Positions 18,954-29,896 of a stretch of 64,000 nucleotides of DNA are shown in pieces (within the stretch, counting starts at the first letter, position 1; every line of letters begins with the position of its first letter). The position numbers were made by a program, and so were the translations under genes. The notes beneath the pieces are model-generated. The model was not told the DNA's origin. It was given only the letters and a program-made list of their open reading frames with translations, and made no database searches. Source of the DNA: a virus (taxonomy: Duplodnaviria > Caudoviricetes); the IMG/VR virus record IMGVR_UViG_3300010262_000138, positions 1 through 64,000 of that record, one strand, 5' to 3'.

Positions 18954-19343
18954 TTAAGCAATCGTCAAACTGTTTTCTTCCTCGCCTCTGGGCTTAATGT
19001 TTACATAGCCCTCGCAAGGGTATTTCTTATTTCCAACGCCATCAATCAAAAGTACCTGCTGAACAAACAATCCGGACACATCTTTGGTGTAGTCGGATTT
19101 GATATAGACAATAAAAGATGAAGAATCGCTTGCCAGCACTTCACCCTGCAAATTGAGCAGGGGAGTATTGGGGTCGCCTGAACGAAATAGTACCCATCGG
19201 ACATCCTCAAAGGTTGTCAAATCAACAGGCTCGTTTGATTCCGCGTCAACAAACCCAAAGGTAAGCTCATGAAAATGCCCCGAAATAAAGGTTTCGTCCG
19301 GCAGATAGGTGATAGAGGTGGAGGCTGCGGTGGTACTTGCCAA
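18954..19343 (-). CDS. Baseplate-associated (BppU-like) protein
   Basis: Operonic; Ig-like pattern PVDL...W.L...TKD.SG.F.QQ. Confidence 0.6.
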   Translation of the reverse strand: MASTTAASTSITYLPDETFISGHFHELTFGFVDAESNEPVDLTTFEDVRWVLFRSGDPNTPLLNLQGEVLASDSSSFIVYIKSDYTKDVSGLFVQQVLLIDGVGNKKYPCEGYVNIKPRGEEENSLTIA

Positions 19344-19345
19344 TC

Positions 19346-19567
19346 CTATTCCTCCTTTTTATTTTCAGATCGGCCCGCCAGATGAATCGTTTCAGTTAGA
19401 GGCTCTTCAGAACTTTCTTCTTTCAATTCATCGTTTTTAAGGGCCGTTACCGCTTCAATTACATTTGAGAGAGTTTTAATGTTTTCATATCCCTTAACCT
19501 CAATCGAATTAAGGGCACTGATAATCAGATTCAAAATTTGCGTATATTTTGCCATAAATATCTCCAT
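19346..19567 (-). CDS. Phage hypothetical protein
   Basis: ALNSIEVKGYEN motif; operonic. Confidence 0.6.
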   Translation of the reverse strand: MEIFMAKYTQILNLIISALNSIEVKGYENIKTLSNVIEAVTALKNDELKEESSEEPLTETIHLAGRSENKKEE

Positions 19568-19569
19568 TC

Positions 19570-22284
19570 TTAACCTTCGTCGGTATATGCCAGATAGTAG
19601 ATATAATCATATATTGGGTCTATATCATACCCGGTCTCTAAATCACCATCTAAATACACTTTTGTTACAACCTTTTTGTGATCCACGTAAATCCTGTACC
19701 CCTTAAAATACAAGCTGGAATTAACCCCCAAGGATTTTATGGTCACATATGACAGTTTCGCAATTGCTGAAGATAAATTATTAACGTCCAACTTTTGAGC
19801 AACTACTTCTCCAAGATCTGCAACAGATGCCTTTAAGCTATTAAAGGTCGCCTTATTTACATATGCCTCGTCAATCGTTGCAACCTTAGAGCTTAATCTG
19901 TCAAATTCTGCTTCCGTTGCATACACCCGGTCCAGCTTGGCTGGCGTTACCGCGTCATCTTCAATGGTTCTGGTATCAATTTCGCCGCTGGCGATCTTGT
20001 CAGAAGTAATCCCTCTATAGTCAAGATTCTTGGCGTAAATATTTCCGTTGAAGGTTGCGCTGGTTGTCGTCCAGCTCATCAACCCCATCTTTCCGGTTCC
20101 ATTTGAATTGAGGTTAATTACCCCGTTGGAAGACTTCAGATAATTGGCGCCAATGGTGAATCCGCCGATTGTGCCCTCAGAGGCTTTCAGCGTTCCTTCA
20201 AACATGGCGTTACCATCTGCGTCCACATAAAACTTGTCCTTCCAGCCCGAACCGTTGTTCGTTTGAATCTTAATACCGGTAGAAGGGTGCATCAGGATAC
20301 GGCCCTTATTGTTGTTGGTTGTCATGGTAAATCCATTGGCGTCCATTAGGATTGAGTTATTGTCATTGGATATGGTCATATTTGAGCCAAAAATCAGCTT
20401 ACCAAGAAGCACTCCCGCGTTTATTCCGTATACAATACTGCCGTCTGGCAGCGTAATTGCGCCTAGAGCAGTTTCCACCGTATTGAATCCGTCCCTTGAA
20501 AATGCCAATGTATTCTGCGTCAGCCACATCTGGTTCCCAGAGTAGGTTCCGTCGCTGTTCAGCTTCTTTGCCCTCAGCCCGTTCTGATTCATAATCATTT
20601 CCAAGCTGCTGGAATTCATCAGCGAGTTTTTAGTCAGGTCAAGGCTGCTGTTCATAAAGTCAACCAAGTCGCCCTGATACTGACCAAAATCCTTGATGGC
20701 CGTATAGTTGAAGTTTAATGACGATCCGGTTTTAGTTGCAGTATCATATAAATCGGAAAACTGCCATGTAGCACTATTCAGCCGATATCGGTTGGCAAAA
20801 GTCATTTCAAAGTCGTCAGGGGAGTCGTAATTAAACGAAACCGACAGCAAAACAGGCGACATAAAATGATCTTCATACATCTCCACATGAACCAAAGCGC
20901 CGAGCTCCAACTGCTGAATGAACGGCATAAAGTCATGCTGAAATAGAAAATTTACACTGGATAGAGAAAAGGAATATTTAGGCTCAGACAGTTTCTTCAA
21001 AAGAGATACGCTTTGATCGTAAAGCTCCTGAGCCATTTCCTGAATCTCAACCTCGGTCATCACAGACGTTTTGACGAAGCAATCATCCTGATAAATGTCC
21101 TCATACCGAAAATTATCCAGCTCCAGAATCTGTGCCGGCGTAAGATTGTTTGATATTTTAAGAACATTATGAATGTCGTTCAGCGTTTTAGTATAAAAAG
21201 AAACCTGAGATTCATATCTGCTGATAGCAGACTTTGACGCATTGATCTCTTTTTGTTTCGCGGATAGCTTATTCAGAGTGTCTTGGTATGCGGATTTATC
21301 AGATTTGTCCACTCCGGCCTGAATCTGTGCCGCCTGAACCTCTTCAATCGCCGTATATTCTCCCTCAAGGGTTGTGAGCTTCGAGCGCTCGGAGATCAGG
21401 GAAGAATTTGAATTCTTCAGATTAACAAGGGCGGTTTTATACGCGCCGCGATTTGATTCAATCTTAGACTCCCATTGGTTCAGTGCGTCCCGAAGTCCCT
21501 TCTGCATCTGCGGCTTAAAATAGTCATAATTAAAAATTTCCGCCGTACCCAGGGGGTTCACAGTAGTGATGTCAAGCTCGCCTCCGCCATAGCAGCGGAG
21601 TACCGAAATCAGGCTGTCCGTTTCAGCCGTTACCTTAACATCCTTGATCAGATTATGATAGGTAAGGTATATGTCGGTATTTTTCACAATGCTGCGCGGA
21701 GTATATGCAGAAACCTTACGGGCGACCGTATCAAAGACAAAAATGCACTCATACGCTTCCTCTACATCAGTCATCATAAAGTTGTAAATGTTGCCGTCCG
21801 AGATATCGAAGGTACGAAACTTTGTCATAAGATCCGGATCAATATACCCAACCGACCAGTTGGGGGCCTTCTCCAGCAGCCCGCCCAATAACGTTTTGGT
21901 AGGGGAGAGGGGATTATAAAACTGATACGTACCGCTCAATAGATTAACCTTCTTATAAGAAAGCTCTATCTCTGCGGATGATGCGGAGATTTCCTTATAT
22001 CTTTGAACTCCGTCTGAAACCTCTTCTTCTCCCTGAATAATAAAAAAGCCAAGCTCCTCACAGGATATAACCCTGCGGACACTCAGCTCATTATAAAAAG
22101 GGTTCTCTCTTCCGTTTGCATCTTTACAAGGATAACGGAAGTTTATTTCCGAAACCGCGTTAAAGTTTAGAGTGACATTGAGATCGGAAAAGAAGCCGAG
22201 AGGCCCGACCTCCGCCCTGTCCGGATTACATAATGTCAAAACCGGCGTTTCGTAACGGTTGAACTTGTCAAAAGACGCAACCAA
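19570..22284 (-). CDS. Tail-associated hub/spike protein (Tal, YomG-like)
   Basis: Follows Dit; 904 aa; VNPLG...I.N.DYF, coiled coil, and TALG...YGINA..L.GK motifs. Confidence 0.8.
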   Translation of the reverse strand: MVASFDKFNRYETPVLTLCNPDRAEVGPLGFFSDLNVTLNFNAVSEINFRYPCKDANGRENPFYNELSVRRVISCEELGFFIIQGEEEVSDGVQRYKEISASSAEIELSYKKVNLLSGTYQFYNPLSPTKTLLGGLLEKAPNWSVGYIDPDLMTKFRTFDISDGNIYNFMMTDVEEAYECIFVFDTVARKVSAYTPRSIVKNTDIYLTYHNLIKDVKVTAETDSLISVLRCYGGGELDITTVNPLGTAEIFNYDYFKPQMQKGLRDALNQWESKIESNRGAYKTALVNLKNSNSSLISERSKLTTLEGEYTAIEEVQAAQIQAGVDKSDKSAYQDTLNKLSAKQKEINASKSAISRYESQVSFYTKTLNDIHNVLKISNNLTPAQILELDNFRYEDIYQDDCFVKTSVMTEVEIQEMAQELYDQSVSLLKKLSEPKYSFSLSSVNFLFQHDFMPFIQQLELGALVHVEMYEDHFMSPVLLSVSFNYDSPDDFEMTFANRYRLNSATWQFSDLYDTATKTGSSLNFNYTAIKDFGQYQGDLVDFMNSSLDLTKNSLMNSSSLEMIMNQNGLRAKKLNSDGTYSGNQMWLTQNTLAFSRDGFNTVETALGAITLPDGSIVYGINAGVLLGKLIFGSNMTISNDNNSILMDANGFTMTTNNNKGRILMHPSTGIKIQTNNGSGWKDKFYVDADGNAMFEGTLKASEGTIGGFTIGANYLKSSNGVINLNSNGTGKMGLMSWTTTSATFNGNIYAKNLDYRGITSDKIASGEIDTRTIEDDAVTPAKLDRVYATEAEFDRLSSKVATIDEAYVNKATFNSLKASVADLGEVVAQKLDVNNLSSAIAKLSYVTIKSLGVNSSLYFKGYRIYVDHKKVVTKVYLDGDLETGYDIDPIYDYIYYLAYTDEG

Positions 22285-22286
22285 AA

Positions 22287-23081
22287 TTAACCACCAATCT
22301 TTCTTGCGTTGCTGTATTTCATTTCGAATTTTGTTACATCTCCGCTGATTACCAGCTCGTTCTTTCCGCTTACCATCCGGAAAAACTTCTTGTTAAAATT
22401 TTCGCTTAGGTTTAATCCTGATGTTGAAGTAATGATACTCCGGTCATTATCCACAGTAATTATCTCTTTCGCCCTAACGTTGGCAACAGAGAATTGGCGT
22501 CCATTATCAGAATTGTTTTGAAACGTAATTGTTCCTCCGGTGTTTCCAGTGGTGATGACCAGGTGGGGGTAGGTATAGTCCGTATTATCAGAATCGTTAT
22601 AATGGTTGATTCTTTGGGTATACGCATTCTCGCTGTTCATAAAACGGTAGGTTTTTTCATTCTGCCATGCCCAAGGAGCATCACACTCTACAGAAAAAGA
22701 AAATCCATGACAATGGCTCCCGATATAGATTCCTTTTGGGTTTAGAAGGAAGCAGTTGAAAAAAATATCATGAATCTCCGGGTTTGCAATAATCATACGG
22801 CAATAGTTTTGTCTGCCAAATAACCACTTGCTTATCTTAGAACGGCGCACACCGTCAATTACCGCATTGCTGATTACCTGCATGTCAAAGGAAAGAACGT
22901 TACTTTGTGAAATCCCGTATAGATATCTTGTAGGCTTTTTCAATGTGGCGCCGAAGAACGGCTCTACATTTGCGCCGGCATCAATCTCTTCGGCGGAGGA
23001 GCTTCCAAGCGTAAGAATTTTAAGCCCATAGTTTTCTGAATATTGATCGTCAAAGACGAAATTGTTTCCATAGTATGATAT
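22287..23081 (-). CDS. Distal tail protein (Dit, YomH-like)
   Basis: F.FD...SE.YGL, I.KWLFG, CDAPWAW, NFNKKFFR...G.N.L; start probably ATA 23081 behind GGAGG. Confidence 0.8.
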   Translation of the reverse strand: MSYYGNNFVFDDQYSENYGLKILTLGSSSAEEIDAGANVEPFFGATLKKPTRYLYGISQSNVLSFDMQVISNAVIDGVRRSKISKWLFGRQNYCRMIIANPEIHDIFFNCFLLNPKGIYIGSHCHGFSFSVECDAPWAWQNEKTYRFMNSENAYTQRINHYNDSDNTDYTYPHLVITTGNTGGTITFQNNSDNGRQFSVANVRAKEIITVDNDRSIITSTSGLNLSENFNKKFFRMVSGKNELVISGDVTKFEMKYSNARKIGG

Positions 23082-23144
23082 TTGAATCACCTCCGGCCAT
23101 ATAAGAAAGGACGTGCAACAAAGCACGTCCTTACACTTTATCTT

Positions 23145-23756
23145 TCAGCGCAATATTCTATCACTGTCTTTTGAATACTTTACATGGATTCTATCTACAT
23201 TCTTTGTGTTGATGACTGCTTGCCATGTAGGATCGTCTGCCATATCGAAATCCCGACAAACTGTTCCATGATTCATCATTACAACATCTGACAGGACCAG
23301 CCATGTATCTCCCTCATCCGATGTGTAGTATTTGAAGTAAACTCCAGAATAAGAAATCCCATCATTTAAGAATACGTCAATATAGCACCCTTTATCTTTG
23401 TCGCTGATACCATCCCAAACTCCCCGATCCAGTGTACGATGAAAAATTGGTTCTATAATATGGGTCCCAATATACTGATTAGTTTCAATTAACCCGAAAA
23501 TCGTTCCGCATACAGCACTAAAAATAATAACGGATGCGTCGCCTGAATCTTTCCATCCTAATATGTGGAAGATTTGACGCCCCAGTATCGATATAATAAA
23601 GCTATAAAGCATCGAATTAACGGAAAAGAATTTTTCAACAGGGCATTTCTTTTGTGCGAGAAAACAGTACGTGCCAGAGAAAACCATAAATGGGATAAAA
23701 AACATTGCCAAGTCAGGGATTAAGTGCGTAAAAGATTCAGCAGTTATAATGTCCAT
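23145..23756 (-). CDS. DUF6338-like membrane protein (moron)
   Basis: Three TM segments, then VWD...G.Y..V.L.DG..Y.G; paralog of 33857-34447. Confidence 0.6.
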   Translation of the reverse strand: MDIITAESFTHLIPDLAMFFIPFMVFSGTYCFLAQKKCPVEKFFSVNSMLYSFIISILGRQIFHILGWKDSGDASVIIFSAVCGTIFGLIETNQYIGTHIIEPIFHRTLDRGVWDGISDKDKGCYIDVFLNDGISYSGVYFKYYTSDEGDTWLVLSDVVMMNHGTVCRDFDMADDPTWQAVINTKNVDRIHVKYSKDSDRILR

Positions 23757-24070
23757 TTAACACCTCGTATCTTTTTAGGTTTTGGAAGCTGTGGGCGTGG
23801 ATATGCTCCGCTTACACCGCATTTTATCTCGTCAATTGCCTGTATAGCTCTAATTCTATATCTGGTACGCGACGCCATATGCGATAAACTTATGCGTTTT
23901 GAATAGCGATTAGAAGTAAGAGACGCCACAAGGTAGTTCCGTAAAACTTCAAGTTCGTCTTGCTTTAAAGTCTCAATTAGATACGTACAGTTAAATCCTC
24001 TATCAATCTTTCTTACAATTGACAAAAAAAGTCGGTCTGACCTCGTTCTGGCATATGCAGATCTTCTCAC
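23744..24070 (-). CDS. Basic hypothetical protein (moron)
   Basis: RBS AGGAGG plus GTG; Pro/Lys-rich tail overlapping the DUF6338-like gene. Confidence 0.5.
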   Translation of the reverse strand: MRRSAYARTRSDRLFLSIVRKIDRGFNCTYLIETLKQDELEVLRNYLVASLTSNRYSKRISLSHMASRTRYRIRAIQAIDEIKCGVSGAYPRPQLPKPKKIRGVKWTL

Positions 24071-24200
24071 TTCGCACCCCTCCTATAATATTTGAGTTTA
24101 TTATAGCATAGGGATTTGAAATACAAAATGCAAAACACAATTTAAGTGAATTGGTGTGCATTACGCTCACTCCATTCACTTTTATTATAACCCTAAGCTC

Positions 24201-24521
24201 TCAGCGATGAGAATGTGTAAGCAGTTCGCTCAAAATCGCATAAATGTACGAAGGGCCGCGAACTATCCCGCTGATTTGTCCAGGACCCGGTATCGGCATT
24301 TGCTGAAATGCCTTTTCGAATTCGTTCCTTGTTAAACGATATGAGGTGCGGCTGACGTGGACAACATCATTTTCTACCCGATATGTGAAAGGAAGTCCCG
24401 TAATGGTATGAAAGACTTGACCCTCGTTATTCTTTATTAGCTCCCAAAGCAGATGAAAATTCACAGCACACACCTCACAAATATTAAAAAATAGAAGCCG
24501 TAAACCGTTCTCCGCCAACAT
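24201..24521 (-). CDS. Small conserved-looking hypothetical protein (true start likely internal GTG near 24464)
   Basis: GQVFHTITGLPFTY...GPSYIYAIL motif. Confidence 0.6.
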   Translation of the reverse strand: MLAENGLRLLFFNICEVCAVNFHLLWELIKNNEGQVFHTITGLPFTYRVENDVVHVSRTSYRLTRNEFEKAFQQMPIPGPGQISGIVRGPSYIYAILSELLTHSHR

Positions 24522-25083
24522 CTCTACGCTTATGCGACAAATCAGTAACAGCAGCCTTCATATGTTTTACGAGTTCGTTATGGTCTTTCCATGGCATTGT
24601 AGAATACAGATGCTTTTGCAAAACATCCTCACACTCAAAGTCTGGGGCGGCCGCAAAAACAGCGAATCCAGAGATATCCTGATTTATTCTAACAGGCTTA
24701 TATGCGGTGATTTCAGGGACAGGGGCGCCGGTATAACGATAACCATATGCACAAAAGTTTCCCTTATTATCTCTGCCGCCAAGCAGATACTGCCGGCTCG
24801 TCAACTTTGAGTAATTCTTTTCAAAATACCTCATAATCTCTTTATGGACAATAGCCATCGTGAGAACGCTATGGTCTGGACGTTGACCAAGAACACTCCA
24901 CAATCCCTCGTTAGAAAACTTTCCGGTTGTTCCCATAATTATATTGGAATTGATTTTTAATACCTTGCAGGTTGAGTCAGAGAACACCTTATCGGGCTCT
25001 CCCTCTTTATCAAATCCAACAACTCTACCGTCCGATACAAACGTACAAAAATTAACTCCGCACACCCCAATTACAACGCTCAT
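24484..25083 (-). CDS. Ntn-hydrolase / proteasome-beta-like protein (moron)
   Basis: RBS then MSVVIG...VSDGR...K...I...IIMG.TG and a C-terminal VGG; N-terminal Ser as candidate nucleophile. Confidence 0.55.
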   Translation of the reverse strand: MSVVIGVCGVNFCTFVSDGRVVGFDKEGEPDKVFSDSTCKVLKINSNIIMGTTGKFSNEGLWSVLGQRPDHSVLTMAIVHKEIMRYFEKNYSKLTSRQYLLGGRDNKGNFCAYGYRYTGAPVPEITAYKPVRINQDISGFAVFAAAPDFECEDVLQKHLYSTMPWKDHNELVKHMKAAVTDLSHKRRDVGGERFTASIF

Positions 25084-25499
25084 TCTACTCACCCTTTCAG
25101 TGAGTATAATACCACTGTCAGGGCATACGATCAAGCCTTTGGATGTGATGATTCCGGGCTTTAGCTCTATGTTCATACAGTACCTTTCTGCTAAAAGACG
25201 GACGGGATTTACCCGTCCGTCGTATTATTTGTTAAATGCCGACATAACGTTGACAGATTAAGAATTTACTCGTGACTTGTATCATTTTTACAACTTATTG
25301 CATTATATCTCGTTTCAAATTCTTGTGCTTGTGACTTATTATTCTTGATAGGAACATATTTTGAAAGAAGGTATTGCAAATAACACCTCTGTACAATATT
25401 ATCATTCATGGCGTTCATTTCTTACACTCCCTTCACGCATATAATGTGAGTAGAAATACTGAGGATTATACGACCTATATCGTGTTAGTTATACAAATA

Positions 25500-25607
25500 G
25501 AAAGTGAGCCGTCTGTTACAGCAGACGGCTCACTTGGTGGTTTGGGGCCATAACCCCGACTGCTAAATTGTCCGTATGTACTGTGGCAACCGTCTGGGTT
25601 TCCACAC
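25500..25607 (-). ncRNA. Candidate ~105-nt small RNA with its own promoter and terminator
   Basis: TTGCAT-N16-TATAAT (25639-25612), 5' hairpin, and terminator gtgagccgtctg/cagacggctcac plus T run. Confidence 0.45.
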
Positions 25608-25664
25608 TTTTATTATATAGCTTTTTCAGAAAAATGCAATAGTTGTTTTGCTATACATACAGGG

Positions 25665-28600
25665 TTATATGATCCCTTTCTTCGCGTTTCCACGAATCCC
25701 TCTGTTGGATGCGGTCTTATTAAGCTGTTCAACAACCCTGTCTGCAATCTTTCTGATAGAGGGCACTACACTTTCATCGAGAGAACCCGCTACCTGAATA
25801 TTGATTAGACCGCCATCAATCGAGAGCCCAGTAGACAGAGATCCGATTCCGTTGATGCCCCTAACCGAATTGAGTTTAGGGAGCAGGGAAGACACAACGG
25901 GAAGATTTTCTACAAAATCCAGCAGCTTACGTCCTTGCATAGACGAAAGCACAACTTCCGATCTTGTAGAGCTGCCATGAAGCATCGCGGGGCCGGTAGA
26001 ACTTACAACGCCTCCCGAAGCAAACCCAGGCAAGCTTCTCGCCCCGGAAGAAAATCCCGGATATGTTCTTGGGTCTGTAATATGAACAGTACTATAATCG
26101 TAGCCGCTCCCGGATAAATCCTTATACTTTACATTGTTGTATTTGCTGTAATCATTAACGCGGTCGATAGCATCAGCCGCTTCTTCGGCCTTGCGGATAG
26201 TAGTATCAAGAGAGTCATTTACTCTGTTTACCCCATCCTCAACCCTTTGCGTCGCGCCGGCTACTGAATCCATAGCAACGGATACATTCCCGGTTTCAGC
26301 GCACATATCGCAAGTAGCCGCAATCAGGTATTGGAGGATATCATAGACTGTTTTTTCTCCAAATCCGAAGTTTTCCAATGACTTATAAGCGTCATTCCAG
26401 ACGTGGATTACTTCGTCCCTTGTCATTCCTCCATATGTCGTGCAGAATTCAATCAGGCTGTTGTAATATTCTGACGACCGTTCCTGAATCATGTCGATTG
26501 CTTCAATACGCATCGAACCTTCTTGGTCTAGAGCTTCTTCAATCAGCCTGATTTTTCTTTCGTAGTATTCTTCGTCAGCCTTGTATTCTTCTTCAAGATT
26601 GTCAAGCTTTTCTTTATGAATCAGCTCATAACGCTCATACTCATCGTCCAGAAGGTCTGTAGCCTGATCGTATGCGCGGTCTGACTGATAATCTTCCAGA
26701 TCAGAATATTTGCCTGCAAGTTGCTCCTGAAGCTCAAGACGCTTCTTCATCGCGTCGGAGGAATCGTCGTTTTGAATCTCTAAGAGTTTGCTTTCAATAT
26801 CAGCAATCTCTTTATTCTTTTCCGCAAGCTGCTTTTGATAGTCGTTTTCGTCCTTATCGCGTTCCAGCGCCTTTTTGCGAGCGTCAATTAAACGCTTATA
26901 GGCGTCGATTTGATCCTCAATCGCATCTTTTTCTTCGTCATATTGCTTTTTGATACGGTCAAGATCGTCTTGGTAAGCAGACTTTTTTGCTTCCAGACGA
27001 TGTTTGATCATCTTAACGGTAACGTCAATAAGATCTTCAATAGCACTTTGTGCGTCCTTAGCCGCTTCTTTCATCTTTTTAGCGGCTTCTTCCGCAGCCT
27101 TTGCGGCAGACTCGGCGGCTTTCCCGCCGTCCATTACTGAAAGGGAATAAGTCCCGACAGAGGCACGCGCGAGGTCAAATAACTTCCTCTGCTTCTCTAC
27201 ATGAGCATTGAGCTTTTCAACTGCGGCATCGAATTCGCTACCTTTATCTGATACAGCCGCATTAGCAATAGCCTGTTTCCATGAAGCATCCGCGTCAGCA
27301 AGACGTGCACTGGCGAGATCGTAAGTTGCATCCTTCAAGTAGCTTGCGGCTTTTTCTTGATCCTCAAACGTCTTGAGAAGATTAGTAGCCTCCTGCAGAT
27401 AAGCGGCTTCAGCATCATCAATTCTTGCATAAGCAAGATCGATCATGGCGTTTTTGTTTAGTACAAGCTGACCGTTTTCCGTCTGTAAACACGCGAGGTA
27501 TTCCGGCTCTAACTCTAAGAGAGATTGTAGTGTGTCGAGGGTTAGATAACCCTTGGTGTTATACTCTTCAACGGCTCCAGAAAGGGAGGTATAGGCAGAC
27601 TGTAGGGAGTCAATTGCGTCATTGGCGTCTTTAATAGAAAGAGCGGCAGCTTGTGCGGCGACAGAAACATCACTAAACGCCTCAGAAGAAACACTATCAC
27701 CAGAACCCACCACTTCTAAAAATCGATCAAGAGCATCGTTTGCGAAATCAACCATCTCTACGTCTGATTGCGTGACCGGTTCTATTTCTGCAAGTTGGCG
27801 ATACCAATTTGCGACTACGGGGAGGCTGGCCGCAAGATTATCATACTCTGACTTTTCAGCATTAGTAAGTTTAATGCCTTCTTCCTGTTTTTGCAGAAGT
27901 TTATCATATCTATCTACACCTAGATCAAAATATTCGACGGCCGAAACAGGCGATGAATACCCTTGCAGCTCTGCAAAGAAACCCTGTTTAAATCCCTTTG
28001 CTGTCATAACCCGATTGTTAATACCACTACGCAGATATCTGGTATTATCGAGCCCTTGAATATTGTCCTGCATTTGAGCGTAAAGATTACGCGCGGCGCC
28101 GTATTGTTCTTGTGAGGCTGTTACTTTTTCAGCCTTTAACAAGTTAATTCTACGCTCTAATGCATCGTTAGATTTCTGAAGATCAGAAAGTTCTTTTTCT
28201 TCTACAAGGGATGGCAACGTCCCAAGAGACTGAATCTCCTTAATTCTGTCCTCATTTATTTTAATCTCATCGCTAACCCGTTTAATTTCAGATGCTAAAG
28301 ATTCTACTTGTTCCTTTGACTTCGCATAAGACTCAAACGCTTCTTCTGCGCTCTGTGAAAAATAGTTAAACCCTTTAATTGCGAGGTTTAAAGCCCCAAT
28401 AACAATAGCAACCTTTGAAAGAGCCGATAAGGCAGAGAATGCCTTACCAAGAGAACCAACAGCTCCTTTCAGACCTTTAGTGGCATAACCCTCCGCAATA
28501 ATTGCTGCAGCGTTTTTCTTCGCGGCTGAAGTATTTAGAATTTTCTCAGCCGTATTGGCCCTTTCTGCATCAGATAGCCCTGTATTCGCTAATGCTTCCT

Positions 28601-28762
28601 CTATTTTTGCGCGAGTTAGAGCCTTGGAAGATAACATCTGTTGGTTGCTAGCCATTACATTGACGATTTGTTCTTTTGATAGTCCCGCTAAAGCGGTTTG
28701 CAAAAGCGCGATATCATCGCACCCGGCGCCTACAATACTAAAAAATTGTTTAATTGCCAAAT
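25665..28762 (-). CDS. Tape measure protein, exon 2 (C-terminal ~1030 aa)
   Basis: Ala/Glu/Lys-rich coiled coils and a GFASGG...AMLHG...E.VL C-terminus; no RBS and an in-frame stop 6 codons upstream of the TTG. Confidence 0.85.
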
Positions 28763-28782
28763 CTTTCTGTGTGTGTTAAAAT
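28754..28782 (+). promoter_or_regulatory. sigma-A promoter driving the antisense cargo, straddling the proposed 3' splice site
   Basis: TTGCCA(28754-59)-N17-TAAAAT(28777-82) with extended -10 TG; first cargo ATG at 28808. Confidence 0.65.
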
Positions 28783-28807
28783 AACAGTATACTAAACGAA
28801 TGGGGGA

Positions 28808-29047
28808 ATGGATTCAATGGAATGTCTGCTTGTTGCAATCACTATTGTTTTTGTTTTGATAGTTATAATGGGTCTTATTGTATCTGTGTTGTCCGAATTA
28901 GGATTTACCGACTTTCCGCCTCTGCTCATCCTTGCACTTGCCATAATAATATTTGTTGTCTGGTTTTGTAATAGTATTAAAAAAGATATAGAGAATAGAG
29001 AGAAAATAAAAAAAGAGATAGCGGAAAGAAATATGAAACGAAAATAA
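28808..29047 (+). CDS. Intron cargo: two-TM small membrane protein
   Basis: Two hydrophobic helices and a basic tail; directly after the promoter. Confidence 0.65.
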   Translation: MDSMECLLVAITIVFVLIVIMGLIVSVLSELGFTDFPPLLILALAIIIFVVWFCNSIKKDIENREKIKKEIAERNMKRK

Positions 29048-29137
29048 CTAATATCCGGATAACATAACACTCCTAATAGTGTGTAATACACTGTATAGAT
29101 TTAGTTTTTAAATAACGTATTTGAAAGGAAGGTAACG

Positions 29138-29896
29138 ATGAAGTTTTATAGAATAGTAAGTTTGGTTGCAATCTCGCTTATTATCGCATCGTGCAGTAAT
29201 GAATCTCTGAACGAATCATCTTCTACATCGTCCAGTGTAAACACAATGGTCTTACAAAATAACTCTGACTCAACAGAATTGTCCGCTGCTTCTCAGATCA
29301 ATGAAGCTTTCAGCGATAATAGTGCCGTAGAACCCGGCTTAAATAGTAATGTCGCTACTTCCTCAGAACACACCCCTGCCGAAGGTCCAACATCGTCAAA
29401 AATTGAGATTAGCGAGAGCAATATCGTAGAATCTCCCCATAAAGCGAAACCTGAAAAGACAGAAAAGATAGAAAAGCACTATTTCTGTTATTGTGACACA
29501 GAAACTATAGTTGAAATTCCGGACATCAAAAAGCCGTTCCCGGTTAATCAGGTTACAGGGTTTGAATTTGATGGATATTTCTGCGATAGTGAAAGCGTAA
29601 AGTCATCGGGGAATGAGAGAAGGTATTTCCATCATATCGAAGATGAACTCAACTTGGTTTTTGCCGCATTTGATGAATACGATAAAGTAGATCCAAGCAT
29701 TCAAGAACTGTTAGATAAACGTTGTAAATCCAATGTTCTTTATGTTGTATGGAACATATGGGATTCGAATATCGATATAATGACTCCGGCAAAAGGGGAG
29801 GGTTATACGATGAGAGATGTCCCGGTAGGCGCAAAAGGCGTCACTCTTTACGATATGGAAGGGAATATACTCGACCCACATGATGATATATTCTGA
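29138..29896 (+). CDS. Intron cargo: lipoprotein (Ser-rich linker plus C-terminal domain)
   Basis: RBS aaggaagg; lipobox LIIAS-C; Ser/Asn/Glu-rich spacer. Confidence 0.75.
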   Translation: MKFYRIVSLVAISLIIASCSNESLNESSSTSSSVNTMVLQNNSDSTELSAASQINEAFSDNSAVEPGLNSNVATSSEHTPAEGPTSSKIEISESNIVESPHKAKPEKTEKIEKHYFCYCDTETIVEIPDIKKPFPVNQVTGFEFDGYFCDSESVKSSGNERRYFHHIEDELNLVFAAFDEYDKVDPSIQELLDKRCKSNVLYVVWNIWDSNIDIMTPAKGEGYTMRDVPVGAKGVTLYDMEGNILDPHDDIF

